Shown here: in pieces, positions 39,752-50,204 of the stretch | Layout: each line of letters opens with the position of its first letter | How positions within the stretch are numbered: the first letter of the stretch is position 1 | From: Bacilli bacterium | GTDB lineage: Bacteria; Bacillota_I; Bacilli_A; RF39; UBA660 | Direction of reading: 5' to 3' | NCBI GenBank assembly: GCA_017625395.1 | Contig: JAGALD010000065.1 | Coordinates: 6,356 to 70,355, forward strand | DNA: 64,000 nucleotides | Made by a program: the position numbers and the translations under genes | Notes under the pieces: generated by a model | The model's input: only the letters and a program-made list of their open reading frames with translations | Database searches by the model: none | What the model was told of the DNA's origin: nothing

Positions 39752-40342
39752 CTAAAGTTTAATAATTCTAAATGGATTAATTGATAAAACCTCATATCCA
39801 TTATTATTTATCTCGTTTTGTAGAAGTAATACTACTGCTCTTGAATCAACACTATCATGATGAACAGGGAAAAAATCTGGCATATATTTAGCAATTATTT
39901 CTGCTAAAGTTTTTCTTGTTCTCTTATGCTTTTCTCCATATTTAATTAACTCTAAAGCCATTTCTTTAGCAATTTTTTGATGGTCTTTATCTTTCATATC
40001 TTCTTTGCACCATTTAATATATCTTAACAAATGTTTTTCAGTACCCTCTATTCTTTTAGCAAGTGGATAAACACATTTATGATCTGGTTCTAAATTATTT
40101 GGTATAAAACTATATGACCTTAACATAATATCGCAATTATAATATTTAAACTTTTTATTAATCAACGATCTAACCAATTCTTCGTAAGTTTTATTAACTT
40201 TCTTGCCTTCATTGTACATTTGCACAATAAGTTCAACTACTCTTTTAGCTTCTGCATCTAGTAATTCTTCAAAATCCCCTAACAACTTATTATTCACAAC
40301 TACAATACTCCTTTCATTTTTGATAATAAAAAAGTAATGCAA
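39752..40342 (-). CDS. Hypothetical cytoplasmic protein
   Basis: 196 aa, charged, no TM, no recognised motif. Transcribed divergently from the XRE regulator. Confidence 0.4.
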   Translation of the reverse strand: MHYFFIIKNERSIVVVNNKLLGDFEELLDAEAKRVVELIVQMYNEGKKVNKTYEELVRSLINKKFKYYNCDIMLRSYSFIPNNLEPDHKCVYPLAKRIEGTEKHLLRYIKWCKEDMKDKDHQKIAKEMALELIKYGEKHKRTRKTLAEIIAKYMPDFFPVHHDSVDSRAVVLLLQNEINNNGYEVLSINPFRIIKL

Positions 40343-40501
40343 TAAGATACTAGAAGAAAGTTATTACTGCATTACTTCAATTTACATTATAAATGTATAA
40401 ATATACATTTTTTACTAATAATATTATATATCAGTTTACATTACTTTGCAATACCGAGTTTTACTCGTTTTTTATGAAACAATTAGACTGGTGATGATAT
40501 T

Positions 40502-40957
40502 ATGGAGTATAGATTTAAGGAAATAAGAGAAGATAATGACTTAAAACAACATGATGTAGCAACTAAAATAAGCATCAGTAGAGGTGGTTATGCAAATATA
40601 GAGGCAGAAACTGCTAACATCAAATTAAAATACTTTCTAACCTTTTGTAATGAAATGAATTGTACAATGGACTATGTTGCTAATTTAACTCACAATAACA
40701 AAACACATTTAATTACACGCATTGATAAAATAGATAAGTCTATTATGACTGAAAGATTAAATACTTTAGAAACTGAAAATAATAAAGAAGCACAAGATAT
40801 TGCAAAAGAACTTGGTATTTCTAAAAGTACATATTCACATTATAAGAATGTTAATAATGATAGACTTATGCAAACTTTAATGCTTAAAAGATTAGCAGAA
40901 AAGTATGGTTATTCAATGGATTGGTTAGTGGGTAGAAGTAATAAAAAGTTTAGATAA
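40502..40957 (+). CDS. XRE-family transcriptional regulator with two HTH domains
   Basis: 151 aa. Two helix-turn-helix units (LKQHDVATKISISRGGYANIE; AQDIAKELGISKSTYSHYKN). The only plus-strand gene of the element, at the head of the conjugation module. Confidence 0.65.
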   Translation: MEYRFKEIREDNDLKQHDVATKISISRGGYANIEAETANIKLKYFLTFCNEMNCTMDYVANLTHNNKTHLITRIDKIDKSIMTERLNTLETENNKEAQDIAKELGISKSTYSHYKNVNNDRLMQTLMLKRLAEKYGYSMDWLVGRSNKKFR

Positions 40958-40985
40958 TATGTACACAAGAGCATAAAATGCTCTT

Positions 40986-42608
40986 TTAATTTGCCTTAAA
41001 ATAATTAAATTGTGATGTCTTGCTAAATTCATAAGCATTCCACATATTAGTATGATTAGTTCCAGGATCTACCATAATAACACTATTTCCATCTATTCCT
41101 ATTACTGCTACCCAATGTTGATTACCTGGTGTTGCACCTTTTACTTCAACTACTAAATAATAACCTTGATTAAAGTATTGAGTAATAAGTGTTAATTTTT
41201 CTGTTCTTGTTTTTCCTCTTAAATTAACATTACCCATATACTTAAAATCAGGCACTACTTTATTTATAGGTGCATATTGTAAATTACCATTACTATCAAA
41301 ACCATTATTTTTATTCAATGCCTCAACAAATGTTCCTGGATTAAATGGAGTAATATTACCAGTATCAACTCCTGATTTCTCGATTAATATTGAAATTGAA
41401 GTTACCAAACAACCAATATCTCCTATTGTACTAGTTGTATTACCAATTCTAATATTAGACCATGCTGCACCTTTTTGTCGCCAATTTATATACTCTCCAG
41501 AATCTAGACCATATATTACTCCATCCCATAACATTGCATAATCTTCACTAGATAATTCATTATATTGTTGTAATTGCATTGGAGTAAAATGATACTCTGT
41601 TTTCATTTGCTCTGCAGTCTTTGATGTTATAGTAATATGCAACACTTGTTTTTGAACCTCTTTTGGCTTTTCTAATGCATTAACTCCTTGTTCTATAACC
41701 ATTTCTGTTTTTACTTCATGAGTTAACTGATTCATGTCCCAAAATATATTCTTTAACACTTGTTTTTTATTATTATCAATAGTAGCAATTTCTTGTTGAT
41801 TATTTCCACCAGACTGCTTTACTGCATAAATGATTAAAACATCTTTCCATGTTGCCATATTACCATCCAAAACATATTCATCATGTGGATTAGTATCTTG
41901 TATATTTTGGAGTTTATCAGAAAATTCTTGATTACATTCTGCAATAACTTCTTTCATCGTTATAGAATTAGAACTAGATTTTTCCCCAGAAAAAAAGATT
42001 CCAAAGACCGAACCACATAATAAACCAATTAAGCAAATAACAATTATTACAACAAGAGCAATCCATCCTCCTGCAATTAAAGCTGATATTAATGCTTTAG
42101 TACCTGCAATAATTGCTTTAATAGAAGATATAGTCGCTTTAACTGCTAACTTAACTCCATGATATGTTCTTCTAGCAGTTTCTCTTGCATATTTAATTGC
42201 TCTTTGTGATGCTTTAACACTTTCTGTTGCTACTTTTTTAGATTTCTTCGCTACTTGTTGACTTGTTTTAATTCCTTTGGTCGTATTTTTTATTTTTCTT
42301 TTTTCAGTTAGTTTAGTTTTAATATTTTTAATACTTGATTTAGTCTTAATAATATTATCTTTAGTAGTCTTTACTGATTCATTACCCTTTTGTTTAACCT
42401 TACCAGTACCTACTATTGTTGCTCTAGTCGTAGTTTCTATTCTATTAACTGCATATTCATTAACATTTCTATCTTCATTAGTAGTAGCATTCTCACTTTT
42501 TTGTTTTACACTAACAATATTATCTTTTGTTTTTTGAGTTGCCACTACACTTTTATCTATTGTTTTGATAGTTCCTTTTACAACTTCTCTTGTCTTAATG
42601 TTAGACAT
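40986..42608 (-). CDS. Conjugation-associated cell-wall hydrolase (CHAP/papain-like cysteine peptidase domain)
   Basis: 540 aa. Lys-rich coiled N-terminus, central TM (GWIALVVIIVICLIGLLCGSVFGIFF) and a C-terminal domain with nucleophile Cys (GDIGCLVTS) and His (NQHWVAVIG). Confidence 0.6.
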   Translation of the reverse strand: MSNIKTREVVKGTIKTIDKSVVATQKTKDNIVSVKQKSENATTNEDRNVNEYAVNRIETTTRATIVGTGKVKQKGNESVKTTKDNIIKTKSSIKNIKTKLTEKRKIKNTTKGIKTSQQVAKKSKKVATESVKASQRAIKYARETARRTYHGVKLAVKATISSIKAIIAGTKALISALIAGGWIALVVIIVICLIGLLCGSVFGIFFSGEKSSSNSITMKEVIAECNQEFSDKLQNIQDTNPHDEYVLDGNMATWKDVLIIYAVKQSGGNNQQEIATIDNNKKQVLKNIFWDMNQLTHEVKTEMVIEQGVNALEKPKEVQKQVLHITITSKTAEQMKTEYHFTPMQLQQYNELSSEDYAMLWDGVIYGLDSGEYINWRQKGAAWSNIRIGNTTSTIGDIGCLVTSISILIEKSGVDTGNITPFNPGTFVEALNKNNGFDSNGNLQYAPINKVVPDFKYMGNVNLRGKTRTEKLTLITQYFNQGYYLVVEVKGATPGNQHWVAVIGIDGNSVIMVDPGTNHTNMWNAYEFSKTSQFNYFKAN

Positions 42609-42609
42609 A

Positions 42610-44925
42610 CTACTCTCCTGGTTTTGTAGTCATCAATTTATATAGTTTTGTATTTTTGGGAAATCTATTTATAAATGGTACAAGTGAACTACCATATTTA
42701 ATTAGTCCACATCCTGCATCAGAATTAGTAATATAAGACATTTGCTCATCAGAAATATTTAATAGTTTTGCTAATTCTTTACGATCACTTGCAGCTTGAT
42801 TAAGCATAACTATAAACTCACTATTAGATAACATTGTTGAGGCATCTACTGACGAAAGTAGGTATTCTACATTTTGAGTTATCGCAGTTGGGTATGCATT
42901 TCTCTTACGAAATTGTCTCCAAGCAGAGTTAAAGAAAGTAGCTGAATATTCATTTTCAAATAACACATGAATCTCATCTATAAAGATATGTGTTCGTTTA
43001 CCCTTTCTATAATTTTCTGATACTCTATTTATCATTGCATCAGTAATAACTAAAAGTCCCATTGTTTTTAATTGTTTACCAAGTTTATAAATATCATAAG
43101 ATATTATTCTACTATTTGTATCAACATTAGTTTCATGTGCAAATACATTTAAAGAACCATTAGTAAATAATTCAAGCGATAAGGCAAGTTCACTTGCTTC
43201 TTTTTCTGGTTGTTCTAATAGTTTTTCTCTTAATGACATTAATGTTGGTATAACACCTGTTTTATGATAATCATCATAGACCAAAGCTGTACATCTATCT
43301 ATAATAGATTTTTCTTTTGGTCCTAACCCTTTCTTATCTAGTTGTTCAAATAATGATAATATAAACTCTGACTTATCAATAACAGGATTAGCACCATCTC
43401 CATATCCCTCTGTCATATCCATTGCATTAATATGGTCTTTACTACTAGCAGATATTCCAATTACTTCTCCACCCATAGCTTTAACTAAGGCAGAATATTC
43501 TCCCTCAGGATCGCAAATCAAAATATCATCTTCTGTTGATAATGCTAAAAATACAATTAATTCTTTAGCACTAAAAGACTTACCACTACCAGGTACTCCT
43601 AATAAGAATGATGACTGATTTAATAAGTTAGCTTTATTAACCATAATTAAGTTATGACTTATAGCATTTTCTCCATAATAGATTCCACCTTTATCCATTA
43701 TTTCTTGTACTCTAAATGGATTTAAAACTGCTAAACTTTCAGTAGTTAATGTTCTCAAGTTTTTAATCTTTCTAACTCCTATTGGTAATGCAGTATTTAA
43801 ACCATTCATTTGTTGATATTTTAATGGTACTATCTGACATAAATGTTTTCTTGCAGTAATTAGTACAGTTTCTGTATCTGCCTCTAATTGTTCTTTTGTA
43901 TCTGCAGTAATTACTATTGTTAAATTAGCAAACATCATTCTTTGATCCCTAGTAGTTAAATCATCTAAAAACTCTTTGCTTTCTTTTCTTTGTTGTTCCA
44001 TATCATAAGGAATAACTGCTGAAAAATTATTATTAGCATTTTGTTTTCTTTGCCAGTTAGTAATATTTGTTTCTACTCCTAGTAATCTATTTTCAACTTC
44101 TCTTACTGCCTCGTCAGTTGGTATTGGTATAACATCAATACTCATCATCATATTTTGATTCATATCTGTTAGTTCTGCTATAAAACTATCTTTGATATAA
44201 CTAGCATAATCTTTTAAAAATAAAACTCTGCCAAACTTTTTACCCATTTCAAAATAATCGCTTTTAAATGAGAAACCATCTGGACATATATAATCTTTAA
44301 AATTATGTCCTTTTTTCATTAAGTCTTTTATATCTAAATTATAATTAACTTCTTCTCCTATTCTATAAAAGTCGTGCAGTATTCTTAATTTTTCTTTAGC
44401 ATCTAACTCTACACATTTGCTACCAAGTTTAGATAAATGAGATACTATATCATTTCCTATTCTTCTAAAATAGTTCTTTGCTTCTTCATAGTTCTTTTTA
44501 ACAACTGATACAGTTAAATATATTTCTCTAACCATACCATTACTTCCAATTGCTTTATCAAGTAACATTTGATTATATTCTTGTCTATAAATATCTAAAC
44601 CATCTTGTTTAAATGGTAATAATATTTCTTTTTCAAAATCTTTTTTATTTATTCTTCTTAATGCTACTGTTATTTTAGTAGTTGCTCCACTATCAAAAGA
44701 ATTTAATAATTCTGAATAATCTAAAAACATTGCCTCTTTATCTTCTTTTGAAGCTACTGCATAATTAATATCACTAAACTTATAAGTTAATGCATATTTG
44801 TTTTTACCTACTAAAAAAATACCATTTGTCCATATTCTTTGAACTGGTATTACTTGTTGAATATTTTTGGGTATAGAAAAATCTTCTTTTTCTTGTTTTT
44901 GAATTGTTTGTAATGCTTTTATCAT
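42610..44925 (-). CDS. VirB4/TrsE/TcpF-like conjugative ATPase
   Basis: 771 aa. Walker A GVPGSGKSF, Walker B-like HIFIDEIH and typical VirB4 length. Confidence 0.85.
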   Translation of the reverse strand: MIKALQTIQKQEKEDFSIPKNIQQVIPVQRIWTNGIFLVGKNKYALTYKFSDINYAVASKEDKEAMFLDYSELLNSFDSGATTKITVALRRINKKDFEKEILLPFKQDGLDIYRQEYNQMLLDKAIGSNGMVREIYLTVSVVKKNYEEAKNYFRRIGNDIVSHLSKLGSKCVELDAKEKLRILHDFYRIGEEVNYNLDIKDLMKKGHNFKDYICPDGFSFKSDYFEMGKKFGRVLFLKDYASYIKDSFIAELTDMNQNMMMSIDVIPIPTDEAVREVENRLLGVETNITNWQRKQNANNNFSAVIPYDMEQQRKESKEFLDDLTTRDQRMMFANLTIVITADTKEQLEADTETVLITARKHLCQIVPLKYQQMNGLNTALPIGVRKIKNLRTLTTESLAVLNPFRVQEIMDKGGIYYGENAISHNLIMVNKANLLNQSSFLLGVPGSGKSFSAKELIVFLALSTEDDILICDPEGEYSALVKAMGGEVIGISASSKDHINAMDMTEGYGDGANPVIDKSEFILSLFEQLDKKGLGPKEKSIIDRCTALVYDDYHKTGVIPTLMSLREKLLEQPEKEASELALSLELFTNGSLNVFAHETNVDTNSRIISYDIYKLGKQLKTMGLLVITDAMINRVSENYRKGKRTHIFIDEIHVLFENEYSATFFNSAWRQFRKRNAYPTAITQNVEYLLSSVDASTMLSNSEFIVMLNQAASDRKELAKLLNISDEQMSYITNSDAGCGLIKYGSSLVPFINRFPKNTKLYKLMTTKPGE

Positions 44926-45284
44926 TTCTTCTTTAACTCCTCTCTTTCTTTTTCTTCTAAATACGATTTTATTGATTCATAATAAATATTTTCTGATTCA
45001 AACTTTAACTCTTTTGGGGTTAATATTTCTGATACTACAAAGGCTATGACAAATTCTTCAAGTGGCATACCATTGTATTTAAAGAATCCTAATCCTGCAA
45101 ATGGCAAAGCACCTAAAATACATAACCAAGACACAATTTCTTTATGAAAATATGGAGTAGCTAAAAAATAAACACCTACTGCTACTCCACAAGCACAAAG
45201 TGAAAAAAAGAACTGTCGTAGTGACAGTCCAAAAAATACACTTTCTGTATAATTCCTTATTTCTCTATTTATTTTTACTTCCAT
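44922..45284 (-). CDS. PrgI/TcpE-like small conjugation membrane protein
   Basis: 120 aa. REIRNYTESVFFGLSLRQFFF, then two TMs. Coupled to VirB4 (4-nt overlap), as Tn916 orf17 is to orf16. Confidence 0.55.
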   Translation of the reverse strand: MEVKINREIRNYTESVFFGLSLRQFFFSLCACGVAVGVYFLATPYFHKEIVSWLCILGALPFAGLGFFKYNGMPLEEFVIAFVVSEILTPKELKFESENIYYESIKSYLEEKEREELKKK

Positions 45285-45751
45285 TATCTATCATCCCTCT
45301 CGTGTTTTTTATTTTCAATAGATTTGGTTCTTTCTTCTTTAATCATTTCTTGAATTACTATATATTTCTGATAAGCTGTTTTCCATTCTTTTTCGTATCC
45401 CTTTTTTGGCTCTGACATTAAATAATTTTTTGAATATGACAACAAGTCATGACTTATTTGGTCCTGCATTTCAATCAGTAAACCTATTTTTGAAACAGGC
45501 TTAACAACATAATTATCTTCCATATATTCTCTTATATTATCTTTTATATCTTTATTTAATAATGATATTTGTTCTATATATTCATTATCATCAAATGCTT
45601 TCTGTGAATCATAAATATAAACTATTGATTCATTAGGATTATCTTGATTAAAATCATCTACTTCACAAATGTAATTATCAAATCTAAATATTGTTCCCAT
45701 TTCAATATCTGGATTATCTTTTACATAATTATAATCAATATTATCTTTCAT
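45284..45751 (-). CDS. Hypothetical protein (conjugation module)
   Basis: 155 aa, acidic, no motif. Translationally coupled to its neighbours. Confidence 0.4.
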   Translation of the reverse strand: MKDNIDYNYVKDNPDIEMGTIFRFDNYICEVDDFNQDNPNESIVYIYDSQKAFDDNEYIEQISLLNKDIKDNIREYMEDNYVVKPVSKIGLLIEMQDQISHDLLSYSKNYLMSEPKKGYEKEWKTAYQKYIVIQEMIKEERTKSIENKKHERDDR

Positions 45752-46496
45752 AATCTTTTTCCTTATTTATTTTTCTATCATCATTTAAACACATTTCCAA
45801 ATCGCCATAACCTAATATTTTATACTCGTCCTCATCAAAAGTAATATATTTATCTAGTTTATATTTTTTTACTTCTTGTTTTAATCTTTCTATATCTTTT
45901 TCAGTGTAGCGATCTGCATATAATTCTTTCCAGTCCTCATCAGTTATATAACACATTGAATTATCCGATTCACAAACTGTATCATATATTTCTTGTAACA
46001 AACTAGAACATTTAGATGCTTTTGGTAATTTCAAGAATCTTTCATAACCACCATATACCAACTTCTTAAATTTTGGTAAATTGTTTAGTTCATCTTTCCA
46101 TGCAGGATAATAACAATCTCCAATTATATTGGCTACTGGCTTATTATTACGATATAAAATAGCATTATATCTAATATCATCATAATCACTTACCCAAGCA
46201 CTTAATATCTCTGCACTTAATTTTTTATAATCCTCATAATACCATTTTTCATATTTTTCCCATTCTTCATATTTATTAAGAACATCACTTAATAAAATTA
46301 CTCCATGTTTTTTCTTCAATTCTTCTAACTTATCTATATAATGTTGTCCTTTTAATTCCTTATATTTATCTAATTCTTTCATATAATCATCATATCTTTG
46401 TGGTGGACTAACTTTATCTAAATATTTACTGATTGCATCATACATATCTTTTCCTAATATTGCTCTTGTTTCTTCATATTCTTGTAATATGCTCAT
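45741..46496 (-). CDS. Hypothetical protein (conjugation module)
   Basis: 251 aa, Tyr/Lys/Glu-rich, no motif. Confidence 0.4.
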   Translation of the reverse strand: MSILQEYEETRAILGKDMYDAISKYLDKVSPPQRYDDYMKELDKYKELKGQHYIDKLEELKKKHGVILLSDVLNKYEEWEKYEKWYYEDYKKLSAEILSAWVSDYDDIRYNAILYRNNKPVANIIGDCYYPAWKDELNNLPKFKKLVYGGYERFLKLPKASKCSSLLQEIYDTVCESDNSMCYITDEDWKELYADRYTEKDIERLKQEVKKYKLDKYITFDEDEYKILGYGDLEMCLNDDRKINKEKDYER

Positions 46497-46504
46497 ATTA
46501 TCAC

Positions 46505-46828
46505 TTACCTTTCCATATTTTTATTCATTTTATCTGCTAAACTGTTGTATCTTGATGTTATATTAACAAAACTACCATATTGAAAATCGCCTTTCATTTT
46601 TTTAGAAATATAACTAATTATTTCTTTGACTTGCTTTGCTTTTAATGGTGTTTCATATACTTTTTTTAATTCTTGTTGTTGTTTTTCTGTTCCTAGCGAT
46701 AAGTTTAATGGAGAATCACTTACATAATTCAAATCCATTAAAGCTCTTGCTAATGCCTCTCTATACTCTGTATCTAAAGAGTATAGACTTTCTTCAATAT
46801 CATTAATTGTAATTTTTATCTTTGACAT
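46505..46828 (-). CDS. Hypothetical protein (conjugation module)
   Basis: 107 aa, no motif. Confidence 0.4.
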   Translation of the reverse strand: MSKIKITINDIEESLYSLDTEYREALARALMDLNYVSDSPLNLSLGTEKQQQELKKVYETPLKAKQVKEIISYISKKMKGDFQYGSFVNITSRYNSLADKMNKNMER

Positions 46829-46837
46829 ATTTTCCTC

Positions 46838-47680
46838 CTATAATCCCATCATTTCTCGTACTACACGATCAGACATTTTAATTGTTCCTACTAGAACTAA
46901 CATATTAAATACTAGTTCTCCAATGTATTTCCAAACTTGTGTTACTGCTGCAGCATTTGTATCTACAACTGGTGGACTTGATGCAAATAAAGAAAAAATT
47001 ATACATGACAATACTATAATTGCACCCTCTAAACAAACTGCAGTAAATGATTTTAAAAAGCTCTTACCTACTTGTTGTGTTGGCTCTCCTGCAAAAGTAG
47101 ATAATGGTATTGGAGCAATTGCAGTATATAAATATAACTTAAAGAATCTACCATATACAGTTAATATCATAATAAAAGATAAAACAGTTATGAATAATCC
47201 ACCTATTAAAGTAACTGCCCAAAGTGGTATAGATTCAAAAAATCCACAACTTTCTACTGCAGTAACAATCGTACTTGGTAATACTGTTTTAGTAGCTGTT
47301 CCAAACCCAGCAGTCGTCATTATTGTTGACATCAAACCTTGCACTATTTTAAATATTGCTAACATTAATTCTAATCCATAAGTTACTACTCCCTTTGCTA
47401 TTGCAAATCTTACAAATAACTTTAATGCGTGTTCTGGTTTCTTAACCTCTGTTAATGAGCCACAAGTCTTTATAACTCCTACAACAAAAAATAAAACAAG
47501 TAAGGCAAGTCCTATTGCTTGTACTGCTCCATTTATTTTTAATATTACTTCCCATATAGTTCCACCTTTGAAAGTTTCTGGTGATTGTGTTATTAAAGAC
47601 CAAATTTCTCCTAACTTATCATTCCAGGTTTGAAGTGCATTTTCTAGATTTTGTACTACCCAATGTTTACTTCCAGACAT
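46838..47680 (-). CDS. VirB6/TrbL-like polytopic membrane protein (putative)
   Basis: 280 aa with about 6 TM helices. Sits where VirB6-like channel components lie in Firmicute ICEs. Confidence 0.5.
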   Translation of the reverse strand: MSGSKHWVVQNLENALQTWNDKLGEIWSLITQSPETFKGGTIWEVILKINGAVQAIGLALLVLFFVVGVIKTCGSLTEVKKPEHALKLFVRFAIAKGVVTYGLELMLAIFKIVQGLMSTIMTTAGFGTATKTVLPSTIVTAVESCGFFESIPLWAVTLIGGLFITVLSFIMILTVYGRFFKLYLYTAIAPIPLSTFAGEPTQQVGKSFLKSFTAVCLEGAIIVLSCIIFSLFASSPPVVDTNAAAVTQVWKYIGELVFNMLVLVGTIKMSDRVVREMMGL

Positions 47681-47740
47681 TTTTCCACCTCCTTATAATA
47701 AAGTTTTAGGGTAGAAAATAATTTCTACCCTAGTCTGTAA

Positions 47741-48079
47741 TTAACTTGAAATCATATTTAAAATAGTTTTTGCACACATAATAATTACACCACCTGCAAA
47801 AAATAAAAAGCCATTAGCTCTTTGTGAAGCATCATGACTTGTAAATGATAAACCAATTTGAACTATTGCATAACCTACAATAATTCCTCCAATTATTTTA
47901 GTTAATTGAAATATAAAGTCTGATAGATTATTTACTACAGTAATTGGATCATCTCCTGCAGCAAATACAGTAGGAGTTAAGAGTGATAAAACTCCAATTC
48001 CTACTAATGCTAAAGAATATATTTTAAATCCTTTTTTTAAACCTTTTTCAATTTTTGTTTTATTAATTTCTTTTTTCAT
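47741..48079 (-). CDS. VirB2/TrbC-like small membrane protein (putative)
   Basis: 112 aa. Signal peptide (LSLLTPTVFAAG) followed by two hydrophobic helices. Confidence 0.4.
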   Translation of the reverse strand: MKKEINKTKIEKGLKKGFKIYSLALVGIGVLSLLTPTVFAAGDDPITVVNNLSDFIFQLTKIIGGIIVGYAIVQIGLSFTSHDASQRANGFLFFAGGVIIMCAKTILNMISS

Positions 48080-49886
48080 TTTTATCTTTCCTTTCTTCTA
48101 AATATTTATCCATATCTTCACTAGATATAATTTCATAATTATCAGCTAATTCTTTAATAGAACTAAAACTATAATTACTAATGTTATAATCAATAACAAT
48201 ACTTCCTACTGCATTATCAATTCCACCATGCATATAAGGTTTAGCTTTTCCATCTGTTGTTAATGATACATTTGGATGTTTCAAAATATCATACTTAAAA
48301 TCTTTAATAGGTCTCTCTCCTCTTACAAATAAAATTGCATATTTATTATCAAGCATTCTTACTTCATCTGGAGTTAATAAATCTCTACCAGTTTGTTGAT
48401 AATTTGTTGAATAACTACCATTTCTACCATGACTTTTACCATAGGTATTCAAATCCAAATTTTCTTTTCCCATTAATTCACTTACATACTTATGGGTTGA
48501 TTGTTCATTACCACCCAAATATAAAAAAGAATCGCAGTTTCCTACTATCGATTCCCATTGTTTTTCAAATAATGCTTTTAATTGTGCTAGATTTTGTAAA
48601 ATAATTGATACCGATACTTCTCTTGACCTCATAACTGATAAAATCTTATCAAAGTCATCTGGTAAACTAACATTTGCGAACTCGTCCATAATAAAATGAA
48701 CATGAACTGGTAATCTTCCACCATATTTATGGTCTGCAGTGTAGAATAACTGTTGAAATAATTGTGTATATAAAATACTTACAATAAAATTAAATGAGGT
48801 ATCATTGTCTGGGATAAGAGCAAATAATGCAGTTTTCTTTTCTCCTAATGATTCTAAATCCAATTCATCAGTCATAGTTAATTTAGATAAACTTTCTAAA
48901 TTAAACTTTTCTAATCTTGATGCTAGTGTTATTTGAATTGATTTTAATGTTTTAGCACTCCCACTATGATAATCACGATAATATTTTAATGCTATATGTT
49001 CAGAATTTTTCATTTCTAGTCTTTCAAATAAAACATCAAGAGGACTTAAATACATATCATCATCTTCTTTTACTTCTCCTGCTCGTAGCATTTCCATTAC
49101 CATAGTAAAGTTTTGTTCTTCTTCTGGTGCTTCATACCATAAATAAAATACAAGTGACAATAACAACATACTAGCTGCAGTATCCCAAAATGGATCATTA
49201 CTTTGACTACCTTTTGGAGTTGTAGATTTAAAAAGATTAGTAACTAATTTTTGAACATCATTGTCATTTTTTAGATATACAAATGGATTATAACAATGTG
49301 ACTTATTCATATTTATTAAGTCTAATACTTTAACAACATAACCTTTTTTCTCTAATAATCCGCCAACATCTCTTACTATTTCTCCTTTTGGATCAAGTAT
49401 TACCATAGAACAATTACATTGCATAGCATTAGGTTTAGCAAAAAATCTTGTTTTACCTGCTCCACTACCACCACATATTAAAATATTAAGATTTCTTCTA
49501 TGTTTTCTACCATCTAATCCTATACTAAAGTTTTGAGTTAATATTTTATTATTCATAGGTTTTTCAGTATCTTTATACTTTTTACTAATTATTTTGGAGT
49601 TACCCCATTTAGCACTACCATATTCTTCATTTCTACGATAATTTTTTCTAGTAGAAAAATATACACCAATAGCAATGCCATAAAATAACAATAAAAAAAG
49701 AACAGCCTTTAAACTATTCTCACATATCGTAATATTAAATGGATTATCTAATGCTTTGATAATATTCTTTATTATTTCAGCTATTCCACCATCAATATAT
49801 GGTGCAACTAATAAAGCAAACCATGTAACAGGAATTATACCAAGTACACTTAATATAATTTTTTGCTTTTTAGTATCTTCTACCAT
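48063..49886 (-). CDS. Type IV coupling protein (VirD4/TraG family)
   Basis: 607 aa. Two N-terminal TMs. Walker A GGSGAGKTR. Walker B-like VHFIMDEFANV. Confidence 0.85.
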   Translation of the reverse strand: MVEDTKKQKIILSVLGIIPVTWFALLVAPYIDGGIAEIIKNIIKALDNPFNITICENSLKAVLFLLLFYGIAIGVYFSTRKNYRRNEEYGSAKWGNSKIISKKYKDTEKPMNNKILTQNFSIGLDGRKHRRNLNILICGGSGAGKTRFFAKPNAMQCNCSMVILDPKGEIVRDVGGLLEKKGYVVKVLDLINMNKSHCYNPFVYLKNDNDVQKLVTNLFKSTTPKGSQSNDPFWDTAASMLLLSLVFYLWYEAPEEEQNFTMVMEMLRAGEVKEDDDMYLSPLDVLFERLEMKNSEHIALKYYRDYHSGSAKTLKSIQITLASRLEKFNLESLSKLTMTDELDLESLGEKKTALFALIPDNDTSFNFIVSILYTQLFQQLFYTADHKYGGRLPVHVHFIMDEFANVSLPDDFDKILSVMRSREVSVSIILQNLAQLKALFEKQWESIVGNCDSFLYLGGNEQSTHKYVSELMGKENLDLNTYGKSHGRNGSYSTNYQQTGRDLLTPDEVRMLDNKYAILFVRGERPIKDFKYDILKHPNVSLTTDGKAKPYMHGGIDNAVGSIVIDYNISNYSFSSIKELADNYEIISSEDMDKYLEERKDKNEKRN

Positions 49887-50202
49887 TACCTCTCGTTTTC
49901 CTTAAAATGAGTTTTTTTTTATCAGTTTCATCAATCATTTTTAACAAAATATCATTTACTTCTGTTCTAGGTTGATTTTCATTTTTCAATTTATATCTCA
50001 TTGTATTTAAAGCATTTATTACAATACCTGCATCAAAAGTATCTAATTCAACTTTTCTTTTATCACTTATTTTTAAAATAATTTCATCAACAGAATCTGT
50101 GGATCTGTCTTGTGCAGTAAGATAATTTCTAAACATAGTAAGAGCTTTTGCAATCAAAGATTTTTCTGATTCAGTTAATTCTAATTTCATTTTATCTTTC
50201 AT
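49870..50202 (-). CDS. Hypothetical protein
   Basis: 110 aa, no motif. Coupled to the T4CP gene. Confidence 0.4.
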   Translation of the reverse strand: MKDKMKLELTESEKSLIAKALTMFRNYLTAQDRSTDSVDEIILKISDKRKVELDTFDAGIVINALNTMRYKLKNENQPRTEVNDILLKMIDETDKKKLILRKTRGNGRRY

Positions 50203-50204
50203 AA

